Below are positions 1 through 8,885 of a DNA stretch of 60,894 nucleotides, in pieces. Location of the stretch: positions 1 to 60,894 of the forward strand of contig JAOUNK010000001.1 of NCBI GenBank assembly GCA_029881015.1, read 5' to 3'. The translations under genes and the position numbers were made by a program. The first letter of the stretch is position 1; every line of letters starts with the position of its first letter. The DNA is from Gammaproteobacteria bacterium (GTDB lineage Bacteria; Pseudomonadota; Gammaproteobacteria; Steroidobacterales; Woeseiaceae). The notes under the pieces are model-generated. The model was not told where the DNA came from, made no database searches, and saw nothing but the letters and a program-made list of their open reading frames with translations.

Positions 1-636
1 ATCCGCTGCACCGGTCGACAGGCTCTTGACGTACTTGGCCATGTTGTCGATTCCAGCCTCCCCACCGAGCGCGGGAGCGAGCACAGGCATGGCCGCCATG
101 CGCCCGTTCAGGATCGTTGTCATGAGCTCGGCTTCCGCGTTGCCCCACAGCCAGTCGTTGTCCGTCAGGTTCGGGTAGCCAGGTGCGCCACGTGCGTCGG
201 AGCCGTGGCAGGTCGTGCAATAACTCGCGAAGAGGCTCTTGCCGAGCGCCTGGGCTTCCGCGTTCTTCGACAACTCGACAAAGTCCATGGCCGCGAACTT
301 CTCGTAGATCGGCTCGTAGTTTTCGGCGGCTGCCTGCATCTCGGCCTCGTACTGGCCTTGCTGAGACCAGCCCAGCATGCCCTTGTAGTTGCCGAGACTC
401 GGGAAGGCAATCATGTAACCGACAGCCCATGCGATGGTGATGAAGTACAGGTAGAGCCACCACTTCGGAGCGGGGTTGTTCCACTCCTCGAGGTCGCCAT
501 CCCACTTGTGGCCCACGAGATCGTCGTCAGCGACATTTGCCGGTCCCTGCTTGGCAGACCAGCTGATCAGCCAGATACACCAAATTGTGAAAACGATCGT
601 GCCAGCAGCAACGAACCAGTGCCAGAATGCAGGCAT
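1..636 (-). CDS. ccoP: cbb3-type cytochrome c oxidase subunit III (CcoP), N-terminal 212 codons; C-terminal part lies beyond the window edge
   Basis: The reverse frame is open from the window edge to the ATG at 634-636. My translation starts MPAFWHWFVAAGTIVFTIWCIWLISW and has a heme-c motif CTTCHG (rc of 202-219). It follows ccoN-O-Q in the canonical order. It is absent from the ORF track because no stop codon falls in the window. Confidence 0.9.
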   Translation of the reverse strand, partial: MPAFWHWFVAAGTIVFTIWCIWLISWSAKQGPANVADDDLVGHKWDGDLEEWNNPAPKWWLYLYFITIAWAVGYMIAFPSLGNYKGMLGWSQQGQYEAEMQAAAENYEPIYEKFAAMDFVELSKNAEAQALGKSLFASYCTTCHGSDARGAPGYPNLTDNDWLWGNAEAELMTTILNGRMAAMPVLAPALGGEAGIDNMAKYVKSLSTGAAD

Positions 637-806
637 CAGATGTTCTCCCGCTCGTTAGAATTAATGTAGTTGTCTTCTTCCAGCGGCAGAGCCGCGGAAG
701 CCGCGAAGTCCTTCTTGCGACGGCTGCTCCACGCCCATACCCAGATGCCGATAAAGGCAAAAAAGATAATGGCTGTCAGGATGCCGCGAACGTCGTTGAT
801 ATCCAT
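636..806 (-). CDS. ccoQ: cbb3 oxidase small subunit CcoQ/FixQ (56 aa)
   Basis: Hand translation: MDINDVRGILTAIIFFAFIGIWVWAWSSRRKKDFAASAALPLEEDNYINSNERENI. It has a single TM helix and sits between ccoO and ccoP. Its TGA overlaps the ccoP ATG (TGATG). It is below the 60-aa ORF-track cutoff. Confidence 0.75.
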   Translation of the reverse strand: MDINDVRGILTAIIFFAFIGIWVWAWSSRRKKDFAASAALPLEEDNYINSNERENI

Positions 807-811
807 ACCGA

Positions 812-1420
812 TTACCTGCGATTCTTGCGGTTGGTACCGAGGCCTTGCAGGTAGGCAACCAGTGCGTCCAGCTCGCTGCGACCTTTGACGGCGTCGGCCG
901 CCCCGGCAATCTGCTCATCGGTGTACGGATCGCCAATCATCTTCAGGGCCTTGACCTTGGCAGTAATCAGCTCCGGATCGATCGCATTCTCGGCCAACCA
1001 GGGGTAGCCGGGCATGTTCGATTCGGGCACCAGGGCGCGCGGATCCATCAGGTGGAGCCGGTGCCAGTCGTCCGAATAACGTCCGCCAACGCGTGCGAGA
1101 TCCGGGCCGGTCCGCTTGGAACCGAACTGGAACGGGCGGTCGTAGACCGTCTCACCCGCCGTCGTGAACGGACCGTAGCGTTCCGTTTCCGAACGGAACG
1201 GACGAATCATTTGCGAATGGCAGTTGTAGCAGCCTTCGCGAACGTAGACGTCACGGCCTGCAAGTCGCAGCGGACTGTACACGGTGATGCCCTCATCCGG
1301 TTCCGTGGCATCGGAACTCATCATGAGCGGGACGATTTCGATGAGTCCGCCGATACTGATCGCAACAATGATCAGCACGATCATCAGGTTCAGACTCTTT
1401 TCAATTGTTTCATGGCGCAT
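812..1420 (-). CDS. ccoO: cbb3-type cytochrome c oxidase subunit II (mono-heme CcoO)
   Basis: 202 aa with an N-terminal TM helix and the heme-c motif [12 protein letters not shown]. It lies directly downstream of ccoN. Confidence 0.95.
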   Translation of the reverse strand: MRHETIEKSLNLMIVLIIVAISIGGLIEIVPLMMSSDATEPDEGITVYSPLRLAGRDVYVREGCYNCHSQMIRPFRSETERYGPFTTAGETVYDRPFQFGSKRTGPDLARVGGRYSDDWHRLHLMDPRALVPESNMPGYPWLAENAIDPELITAKVKALKMIGDPYTDEQIAGAADAVKGRSELDALVAYLQGLGTNRKNRR

Positions 1421-1435
1421 TGATCAGCTCTCCTG

Positions 1436-2851
1436 TTACGCCGGGTCCAGTACCGCAATGGGCACCGGCTTCTTGTCGCTTACGGTCTTGTAGACGTTGT
1501 AAGCCATGACGAGCATGCCCGAGAAGAAAATCAGGCCGCCGAGCAGTCTGAAGTAGTGATACGGCTCTACTGCCTTGAGTGACTCGACGAACGAGTAGGT
1601 CAACGTGCCGTCGGCATTCACATCGCGCCACATCAGGCCTTCTGTGACACCGGCAATCCACATCGATACCGCGTACAGGACCACACCGATCGTCGATGTC
1701 CAGAAGTGCACGTCGATCAGCTTGGTGGAGTACATGCTTTCGCGGTTGTAAAGGCGCGGCAACAGCGAGTAGATCGAACCGATCGTCATCATGGCAACCC
1801 AGCCGAGGGCGCCGGAATGCACATGGCCGATGGTCCAGTTCGTGTAATGCGACAGCGCATTCACGGTCTTGATCGACATCATCGGGCCTTCGAAGGTCGA
1901 CATGCCGTAGAAGGACAGGGCGACGATCATGAATTTCAGGATCGGGTCGGAGCGCAGCTTATGCCAGGCGCCTGACAAGGTCATGATGCCGTTGATCATG
2001 CCGCCCCAGCTCGGTGCCAGCAGGATGATCGAGAACACCATGCCCAGCGTCTGGGCCCAGTCAGGCAGGGACGTGTAATGAAGGTGGTGCGGGCCTGCCC
2101 ACATGTAGACGGCGATCAGCGACCAGAAGTGCACGACCGACAGCCGGTAGGAATACACCGGGCGCCCGGCCTGTTTCGGCACGAAGTAGTACATCATGCC
2201 GAGGAAGCCGGCGGTCAGGAAGAAGCCAACGGCGTTGTGGCCGTACCACCACTGCATCATGCCGTCGACGACGCCGGTGTAGAGGCTGTAGGACTTGGTC
2301 AACGACACCGGGATGGCCAGGTTGTTAAAGATGTGCAGTACGGCGATCGTGATAATGAATGCGCCATAAAACCAGTTAGCCACGTAGATGTGCTTGATTC
2401 GGCGTTTCACGATCGTGCCGAAGAACACGATGGCATACGCAACCCAGACGACCGTGATCAGCAAATCGATGGGCCATTCGAGTTCCGCGTATTCCTTGCT
2501 CTGCGTGATTCCCAGCGGCAGCGTAATCGCGGCGAGCAGGATTACCGTCTGCCAACCCCAGAACGTAAACGCGGCGAGCTTGTCGAAAGCGAGCCGCACA
2601 TGGCAGGTGCGTTGCACAACGTAGTAAGACGTCGCGAACAGCGCCGAACCGCCGAACGCGAAGATCACGGCGTTGGTATGCAGTGGCCGCAAACGGCTGT
2701 AGGTCAGGAAAGGCAGATCAAAGTTGAGCTGCGGCCAGATAAGCTGCGCGGCGATGAGTACGCCCACGAGCATTCCGACAATGCCCCAGATCACGACCAT
2801 GATCGAGAACTGGCGGACTACCTTGTCATTATAGGAAGCTGCTGTGTCCAA
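1436..2851 (-). CDS. ccoN: cbb3-type cytochrome c oxidase subunit I (CcoN)
   Basis: 471 aa, polytopic, heme-copper oxidase-like ([23 protein letters not shown]). Confidence 0.97.
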   Translation of the reverse strand: MDTAASYNDKVVRQFSIMVVIWGIVGMLVGVLIAAQLIWPQLNFDLPFLTYSRLRPLHTNAVIFAFGGSALFATSYYVVQRTCHVRLAFDKLAAFTFWGWQTVILLAAITLPLGITQSKEYAELEWPIDLLITVVWVAYAIVFFGTIVKRRIKHIYVANWFYGAFIITIAVLHIFNNLAIPVSLTKSYSLYTGVVDGMMQWWYGHNAVGFFLTAGFLGMMYYFVPKQAGRPVYSYRLSVVHFWSLIAVYMWAGPHHLHYTSLPDWAQTLGMVFSIILLAPSWGGMINGIMTLSGAWHKLRSDPILKFMIVALSFYGMSTFEGPMMSIKTVNALSHYTNWTIGHVHSGALGWVAMMTIGSIYSLLPRLYNRESMYSTKLIDVHFWTSTIGVVLYAVSMWIAGVTEGLMWRDVNADGTLTYSFVESLKAVEPYHYFRLLGGLIFFSGMLVMAYNVYKTVSDKKPVPIAVLDPA

Positions 2852-3043
2852 CGTAGGACCCCTGTTTTGTATTGGATTGACATCGTGCGGTGCCGGGTTG
2901 GCCAGACGGGCCGGTGCGCGGCATTTCTAGGTTGTGAATCGCAGTATAGCCGCGCGAGGTTATCAAGCAAATTCTAATATACGTATAGGTGAGGATACGT
3001 ATGGACGGCACGTCCAAACAAATGTCCAGATTCGCGGCTTTGT

Positions 3044-4987
3044 TTGCCTATAATTGTCGGACCGAAAACCTTGCCAGAAGATTTGATGAACCGAATTCCG
3101 CTACCGGCCGATATTGTCAGCCAGATCATGCATACGTCAGCCGATGCGACCATTGTCACGGATCGCGACGGCGTGATCCGGCTTGCCAACGAACACGCTG
3201 AAAAGCTGTTCGGCTTTGCACCGGGTGAATTGACGGGCCAGCCGATCGAGAGCCTGGTCCCCCGGCGACACCGGGAGCGCCATCGTACCCTGCGTGACAG
3301 GTATCACTCGGCGCCCCGCGGGCGGCCCATGGTATCGGGCCTTGAGCTTTATGGGTGTCGCAAGGATGGAACGACGTTTCGTTGTGAGGTTGCGCTCAAC
3401 CCGATCGAGACAGATGACGGCCTCGTGGTCACCAGCACGGTCCGGCAAGTGCATAAGGCGGACGATTCGGAGGCGTATTTTCGCCACCTGCTTGATTCGG
3501 CGCCGGATGCCATGGTCATTATCGATGAGCAGGGCAAGATTGCCATCGTGAATGCGCAGGCGGAGAAGATGTTCGGTTACCGGCGTGACGAGATGCTCGG
3601 CCGTGCGGTGGAAATGCTGTTGCCCGATCGATTGCACATGCAGCACATCCAGCACCGCCGGTCCTTCCAGGACGATCCGCGACTGCGGCCGATGGGCGAT
3701 GGCTCGGAGCTGCTGGCGCGGCGCAGCGACGGCAGCGAATTCCCTGTCGAAATCAGCCTCAGCCCGGTGCAGTCGCAAGCAGGGCGCTTCGTGTCCAGCG
3801 TTATTCGCGACGTCACGGAACGCAAACGCATGGAAGACGAGATCAATGCCGCGAGGAAAGAGGCGGAGCGCGCCAACAAGGCCAACAGTGCGTTCCTCGC
3901 GGCCGCAAGCCACGATCTGCGCCAGCCCGTGCAGGCCCTGAGTCTCCTGAACGGTGCGCTGCGGCGGACCGTGAAGGATGAAAAGGCGCTGCAGATGGTC
4001 GACAGTCAACAGCATTCCCTGACGGCCATGACCAACCTGCTCAACTCGCTGCTCGACATCAGTCGGCTCGACGCCGGTGCCGTAACGCCGGAACTCGAGG
4101 ACTTTCCGATCAAGCGCCTCATAGACAGGCTGTCCGACGAATTCGCGCGCCAGGCGCAGCACACCGGGCTTGAGTTCACGTCAGCGGCCTGCGCCACGGT
4201 TGTCAATAGCGATCCGAATCTCCTGGCCGAAATCATCCAGAATTTTGTATCCAACGCGATCCGCTATACCGACAAGGGAAGCGTCAGGCTCGAGTGTGAG
4301 GAAACGGGCGGTCAATGCGTGATCAAGGTCACCGATACCGGTATCGGCATCGACGAGGACCAGATCGATGAGATCTTTCGTGAATTCCACCAGTGCAAGA
4401 CGCCGGGTGCGAGCAAGGAGGGCTTCGGGCTCGGCCTTGCCATCGTCAAGCGCCTGTCCGACCTGCTCGGCCTGACGATCGGCGTCACCTCGCAGATCGG
4501 CAAGGGTTCCTGCTTCAGCGTGTCGATGCCGGCCGTGCGCGGTGCGGGTACGGCGGAGGCGGCGGATGAGGCCGGCGACGCCGGCATTCACGAAGCGGCA
4601 TCGGGGCTGGTCATACTGATCGAAGACGATATCAATGTCGCCAATGCCTGGGGCCTGCTGCTCGAGGCAGAGGGTTATCGCGTCGCGACGGCCGCGTCGG
4701 CGTCGGAGGCGCGCGCGCTGTTGAACCATATATCGGAAACCCCGGCACTCCTTATTTCGGACTTCCACTTGCTGGACGGGTCGACCGGCGTCGAGGCGGT
4801 GAGCGCCATTCGCGAAAATTACGGCGAGACGATCCCGGCATTCATCGTGAGTGGCGATACATCGAAAGTCGTCAAGGACGCTCGTCTTCTCGATAACTGT
4901 ACGTTGATGTGCAAACCGATCGACACGAACCGCTTGTTATCCGCAGCCCGCCATGCGGTGGCTTCGGGCGTCGTGCCGCAGGACTGA
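3044..4987 (+). CDS. Cytoplasmic hybrid sensor histidine kinase (PAS-PAS-HisKA-HATPase-receiver)
   Basis: Two PAS-like segments (DATIVTDRDGVIRLANEHAEKLFGF; DAMVIIDEQGKIAIVNAQAEKMFGY). H-box AASHDLRQPVQAL. ATPase motifs DTGIGIDEDQ and GFGLGLAIV. C-terminal receiver (ILIEDD...ISDFHLLDG...CKP). No TM helix. The start is uncertain; an alternative ATG at 3086 (MNRIPLP) is at least as plausible. Confidence 0.9.
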   Translation: MPIIVGPKTLPEDLMNRIPLPADIVSQIMHTSADATIVTDRDGVIRLANEHAEKLFGFAPGELTGQPIESLVPRRHRERHRTLRDRYHSAPRGRPMVSGLELYGCRKDGTTFRCEVALNPIETDDGLVVTSTVRQVHKADDSEAYFRHLLDSAPDAMVIIDEQGKIAIVNAQAEKMFGYRRDEMLGRAVEMLLPDRLHMQHIQHRRSFQDDPRLRPMGDGSELLARRSDGSEFPVEISLSPVQSQAGRFVSSVIRDVTERKRMEDEINAARKEAERANKANSAFLAAASHDLRQPVQALSLLNGALRRTVKDEKALQMVDSQQHSLTAMTNLLNSLLDISRLDAGAVTPELEDFPIKRLIDRLSDEFARQAQHTGLEFTSAACATVVNSDPNLLAEIIQNFVSNAIRYTDKGSVRLECEETGGQCVIKVTDTGIGIDEDQIDEIFREFHQCKTPGASKEGFGLGLAIVKRLSDLLGLTIGVTSQIGKGSCFSVSMPAVRGAGTAEAADEAGDAGIHEAASGLVILIEDDINVANAWGLLLEAEGYRVATAASASEARALLNHISETPALLISDFHLLDGSTGVEAVSAIRENYGETIPAFIVSGDTSKVVKDARLLDNCTLMCKPIDTNRLLSAARHAVASGVVPQD

Positions 4988-5001
4988 GCGAGGATTGCCG
5001 A

Positions 5002-5388
5002 CTAGATCGACAACCAGCTAAGCGGCGACCTGGCGAGGGCAACGCCGACTATGTAGGCAAAGACCGCGATGGCGGCGACAAATGCGATCGTTCGGGCTTT
5101 TTTCGTCGGGCCGCGCTTGATAGCGATCGTGCCAAGCAGGATGTAGGCGGCAAGCCCTGAAAATTTCGCGAGCAGCCAGGGCTCCTGCAACGGCTTGAGG
5201 TGTAGCTGCCAGACCATCAGGACGCCGGCCGCCAGGAATACCGTGTCCACGACGTGCGGCGCGACCTTCGCAATCCGGCTCTGCAGTTGCTGCGAGTCCG
5301 TCAACATCCAGTAGCCCCGCAACAGGAAACCCGAGATCGTCGCGACAGCCGCGATGACGTGAACGTACTTGATAATCAGGTAGGACAT
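5002..5388 (-). CDS. SirB2/YchQ-family small membrane protein
   Basis: 128 aa with four hydrophobic helices (IIKYVHVIAAVATISGFLLRG...). The family is assigned from memory of the SirB family pattern. Confidence 0.65.
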   Translation of the reverse strand: MSYLIIKYVHVIAAVATISGFLLRGYWMLTDSQQLQSRIAKVAPHVVDTVFLAAGVLMVWQLHLKPLQEPWLLAKFSGLAAYILLGTIAIKRGPTKKARTIAFVAAIAVFAYIVGVALARSPLSWLSI

Positions 5389-5506
5389 GGCGTACGGCTA
5401 GTACCTATGGTCTCACCAAACAATGTTCGTCAAGGTTGAAGCTCCAGGGATTCTAATGCAGGAGTTTACAGCCAACTACTAGAGCGCAGTGGAAAGCTGT
5501 AACGGC

Positions 5507-5538
5507 GGGGCCCGGCTCAGGTCGGGCCCCGTTTTTTA
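5507..5538 (+). terminator. Rho-independent terminator-like hairpin, plus orientation, with no upstream plus-strand gene
   Basis: GGGGCCCG (5507-5514) / loop gctcaggt / CGGGCCCC (5523-5530), followed by the T-run gTTTTTTa. Confidence 0.5.
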
Positions 5539-5546
5539 TTGTTGCG

Positions 5547-5579
5547 AAAAAAAGGACAGTCACCAGGCGGTGACTGTCC
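5547..5579 (-). terminator. Rho-independent terminator of the tandem-USP gene
   Basis: GGACAGTCACC / aggc / GGTGACTGTCC, an 11-bp perfect stem. The A-run on the plus side (5547-5553) reads as a T-run on the minus strand. It lies 30 nt after the stop at 5609. Confidence 0.65.
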
Positions 5580-5608
5580 CTGTTTGCCGGTCCAGATCCT
5601 GGTAGGAA

Positions 5609-6619
5609 TCAAGCGGCTTCGTGATTGTCGAGGCCGACCGGTGTCTGGAACCAGTCGGGTTTGATGATCAGCAAATCGCAGGGCAGGTCCTCGAGCGTAC
5701 GTTCCGCCGTTGCGCCAATAAAAAGGCGTTTCCAGCGATTGCGAGCAACTGCGCCCATGATCACGACGTCGGCATTGAGATTTTCCGCAATCAGCGGTAA
5801 TTCCTCGTGCGTGAGGCCGGCGACCAGGTGAGCGTTGTCATCGGCGATCTTGTGGAACTCCGTAATCTCCTTGAAGCGCTTTGCATGATCTTCGTGCATC
5901 TGCTGCTCGATCTCGTCAAACGGCAGCGATACAGGGATGTAAGCATTCGCGGTCGCTGTAGCCACTGCTATGCGAGGGTCGTAAGCATGAAACGCGTGCA
6001 CTTCGCCGCTGACCTTGCCGGCGATACCCTTGGCGACGTGCAGAATCTCATCGTCGAGCGCCGCAGGTTTGTCGTTCTGGTGCATCGGGTCGATGGCGGC
6101 GACAAAGACTGGCGTCTCCGCAAATTCCTGCGGCTTCACAAGCCAGAGCGGCATCGGACACGTGCGGATCAGGTTCCAGTCCGTGTTGGTGAGCAGGGCA
6201 CGGGTCACGGCAGAGTGATGATGCGTGTCCTTGACGACAAGATCGCTGCCGGATTCTATGGCACGCCGGACAATGCCCTCGAACAGGGGGTGATCCCACA
6301 AGGCGGTTGTCTTCACAACGATGCCGTCGGCACGCAGCGGCTCCGCCAGGGTCTCCAGGTGCTTTTCGTGGTTACGGATGACTTCGTCGCGCGCCTTCTC
6401 AAGCGACGGTGAATCGAACAGTCGATCGCCGCTCAGGTACTCGTTGTAGTAGCACACAAGCAGCTCGAGTTCGGCATTGCTATGTTTCGCAAGCCAGGCT
6501 GCGCGACTTACCGCCGGCTGGTCCGCCGAAGTCGGGTCGACGACGGCAAGAATCTTCTTGATTTCGTTCATTGTCGCACCAGGCGCAGAAAAAGCGCTCG
6601 CATATCGATAGAGGCTCAC
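5609..6619 (-). CDS. Tandem universal stress protein (UspE-like)
   Basis: Two USP halves (KILAVVDPT...; PVFVAAIDP...ADVVIMGAVARN). The track start at 6619 is GTG. The ATG at 6571 (MNEIKKILAVV) is a likely true start. Confidence 0.85.
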   Translation of the reverse strand: MSLYRYASAFSAPGATMNEIKKILAVVDPTSADQPAVSRAAWLAKHSNAELELLVCYYNEYLSGDRLFDSPSLEKARDEVIRNHEKHLETLAEPLRADGIVVKTTALWDHPLFEGIVRRAIESGSDLVVKDTHHHSAVTRALLTNTDWNLIRTCPMPLWLVKPQEFAETPVFVAAIDPMHQNDKPAALDDEILHVAKGIAGKVSGEVHAFHAYDPRIAVATATANAYIPVSLPFDEIEQQMHEDHAKRFKEITEFHKIADDNAHLVAGLTHEELPLIAENLNADVVIMGAVARNRWKRLFIGATAERTLEDLPCDLLIIKPDWFQTPVGLDNHEAA

Positions 6620-6771
6620 TCCGAGAATACCCGCCGGTGCCTAGCTTTCCATACGCCCTGTTGCTTAGGATCTAGCGGATTGTACCTACGGCATGGTAAG
6701 TGCTTTTACTAATTACTATCGGGTGACCGGATAATCTAGAGTCGGGCATAGGTTTTGTGCAGGAGCAGACG

Positions 6772-7122
6772 ATGTCGAGCGTCCGCAAAGACGAGCTCAG
6801 ACAGGTTCTCGAAGAAAAAAAAACTGAACTGACGACGCGGCTTGAACGTATCAATGCGAATCTGCGTCGCGGTTACGAGGCCGATTCCAAGGAACGCGCG
6901 AAGCAGCTCGAAGACAATGAGGTGGTCGACGCGCTCGGCAATGAGGCGCGCGAGGAACTCGCCAAGATCTCTGCGGCATTGCAGCGCCTTGGGACTGATG
7001 AGTACGGCATCTGTGTTGAATGCGGACTACCGATCAACGAAGGGCGCCTCGAGGTCTACCCGTACGCGGACGAGTGTATTGATTGTGCGGAGTTCGATGA
7101 ACACCGCCGCCGGCATTCCTAA
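6772..7122 (+). CDS. DksA/TraR-family C4 zinc-finger protein
   Basis: N-terminal coiled coil plus CVECG...CIDCA four-Cys finger. AGGAG lies 6 nt upstream of the ATG at 6772; the track ORF begins 15 nt earlier at a GTG. Confidence 0.85.
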   Translation: MSSVRKDELRQVLEEKKTELTTRLERINANLRRGYEADSKERAKQLEDNEVVDALGNEAREELAKISAALQRLGTDEYGICVECGLPINEGRLEVYPYADECIDCAEFDEHRRRHS

Positions 7123-7135
7123 GAAAGCGGCCTGA

Positions 7136-7750
7136 TCAGGCCGTCATATGCATCTTGACGAGGTCTGCAAGTGACCTTGCCTGCATCTTCTCCATCACCC
7201 GTGCGCGATGAATCTCGACCGTGCGTTGACTGACGCCGAGCTCGTAGGCAATGACCTTGTTCGGCTTGCCGGTCACGACCAGGTCGAAGACTTCACGTTC
7301 GCGATTGGTGAGTCGGTGCAGGCGCTCGACCACTTCGGCATGTTGCTGTTGCTCTTCGCGCCGCTCCTCATCGGTCGCCAGGGCCTGCCGGATGCGATCG
7401 AGCAGTTCCTGGTCGCGAAACGGCTTCTGGATGAAATCGACCGCGCCTTTCTGCATGGCTTCAACGGCCATTGGCACATCGCCATGCCCCGTAATAAAGA
7501 TGATCGGCAGCGTATTACCGCGCTTGATCAGTTCTTCCTGCAGTTCCAGTCCGCCCAGCCCCGGCATGCGAATGTCGAGTACCAGGCAACCGGGCCGTTG
7601 TTCGGTGACTTTCTTAAGGAATTCATCGCCCGAGGCAAATATTTCATGGTCCAGGTTGACCGAGTCCATGAGGGCCTGCATGGCGAAACGAATGGCCGCA
7701 TCGTCGTCGACGATGAAGACCGTGGGTTTTTGTGAAGATTGAGCAGCCAT
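7136..7750 (-). CDS. FixJ/NarL-type response regulator (receiver + LuxR HTH)
   Basis: FIVDDD, LVLDIRMPGLGG and KPF receiver residues. C-terminal LTNREREVFDLVVTGKPNKVIAYELGVSQRTVEIHR. Confidence 0.9.
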   Translation of the reverse strand: MAAQSSQKPTVFIVDDDAAIRFAMQALMDSVNLDHEIFASGDEFLKKVTEQRPGCLVLDIRMPGLGGLELQEELIKRGNTLPIIFITGHGDVPMAVEAMQKGAVDFIQKPFRDQELLDRIRQALATDEERREEQQQHAEVVERLHRLTNREREVFDLVVTGKPNKVIAYELGVSQRTVEIHRARVMEKMQARSLADLVKMHMTA

Positions 7751-7784
7751 GGGCGCTGATTGGACCAGATTGGGGCCGATTTAG

Positions 7785-8885
7785 CTAGTCCAAGCGCTTC
7801 GTAAAACGCAGCGCAGCCAGCGTCATGGCGACCAGCGTGAAGCCGATCAGGTAGTACAGATCAGGCAATAACTCGCCGATTGAAGCGTCGCGAAGCATGA
7901 TGCCCCGACTCAGGCGGATGAAGTGCGTGTTCGGCAGCGCTTCGCCGATGTATTGCGCGAAGACCGGCATGCCATCGAACGGGAACATGAAGCCCGAAAG
8001 GAGTATCGAGGGGAGCAGGATGAACACCATCATCTGCATGGCCTGGAACTGGGTCTTGGCGGCCGTCGAGATCAGCAGCCCCAGCGACAGGTTGGCGGCC
8101 ACGAAAGCGCTGGCGCAAAGGTACAGGTCCAAAATACTGCCGCGCACCGGCACATCGAACAGCAGGCGGCCAACGGCGAGAATCAGGGCCAGCTGCAGCA
8201 TGCCAATAACGATGTAGGGAACGATCTTGCCGATCATGAGTTCCGCCGAGCTCACCGGCGTATTGATCAGCAACTCAAGGTTGCCGCGCTCGCGTTCCCG
8301 GACAATGGCCACGGCGGTAAACAGGATCATCGTCATGGTCAGGATGACGCCGATCAGTCCCGGGATGATATTGACCGGCGTGCGGCGTTCGGGATTGTAA
8401 TAGGGTCGTACCTCGACAATATCCACGCCAGGCCGGGCCCGAACCGTGGAGTCGAACGCCAGGGGCATCGATCGCAGCTTGTTGGCGACACCCAGGATGG
8501 TCGGGTCGGAGCCGTCGACAAGCAACTGCACGGCAGATCGCGAGCGATCGACAACGCGGCGGTCAAAGTCGGCCGGAATGACCACGCCGATGGAGATCTT
8601 GCCGCGGCGAAGCCGGTCTTCCAGTTCTTCGGGGCTGGCGACGCGCTCCACGATATTGACGACCTGCGTCTGGGCGAGCCCGGCGACGAGCTGGCGGGAC
8701 AAATGCGTCTCTGCCTGGTCCGCGACAGCGGTCTTGAGATTGCGAACGTCGGTATTGATGGCGTAGCCGAAAAGCAGCATCTGGATGACGGGCAGGCCGA
8801 CCACCATGCCGAATGTGAGCCGGTCGCGGCGTAGCTGCCGTACTTCCTTTTTGACAATGGCCGCGATGCGAGAGAGCGGCTTCAC
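7785..8885 (-). CDS. ABC-2 type exporter permease (YbhR/YbhS-like)
   Basis: 366 aa with an N-terminal TM helix, a large loop and five C-terminal TM helices. It overlaps the upstream ATPase gene by 4 nt. Confidence 0.85.
   Translation of the reverse strand: MKPLSRIAAIVKKEVRQLRRDRLTFGMVVGLPVIQMLLFGYAINTDVRNLKTAVADQAETHLSRQLVAGLAQTQVVNIVERVASPEELEDRLRRGKISIGVVIPADFDRRVVDRSRSAVQLLVDGSDPTILGVANKLRSMPLAFDSTVRARPGVDIVEVRPYYNPERRTPVNIIPGLIGVILTMTMILFTAVAIVRERERGNLELLINTPVSSAELMIGKIVPYIVIGMLQLALILAVGRLLFDVPVRGSILDLYLCASAFVAANLSLGLLISTAAKTQFQAMQMMVFILLPSILLSGFMFPFDGMPVFAQYIGEALPNTHFIRLSRGIMLRDASIGELLPDLYYLIGFTLVAMTLAALRFTKRLD

Noticed and set aside
2852-3043. FNR/Anr/FixK box (TTGAT-N4-ATCAA) expected upstream of ccoN.
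   Set aside because: Only isolated half-sites are present (TTGA at 2877-2880, ATCAA at 2962-2966). No properly spaced pair was found by eye, so it is not reported as a feature.
3044-4987. Calling the hybrid kinase FixL (a heme-PAS oxygen sensor).
   Set aside because: The PAS segments resemble a widespread generic PAS type (RRSDGSEFPVEISLSP). By my alignment, the His in the FixL heme-ligand position is offset. Context alone is insufficient.
6661-6674. TTGCTTAGGATCTA upstream of the USP gene, as a possible FNR-type box.
   Set aside because: It matches only 6 of the 8 core TTGA/TCAA positions. That is too weak to call without a matrix score.
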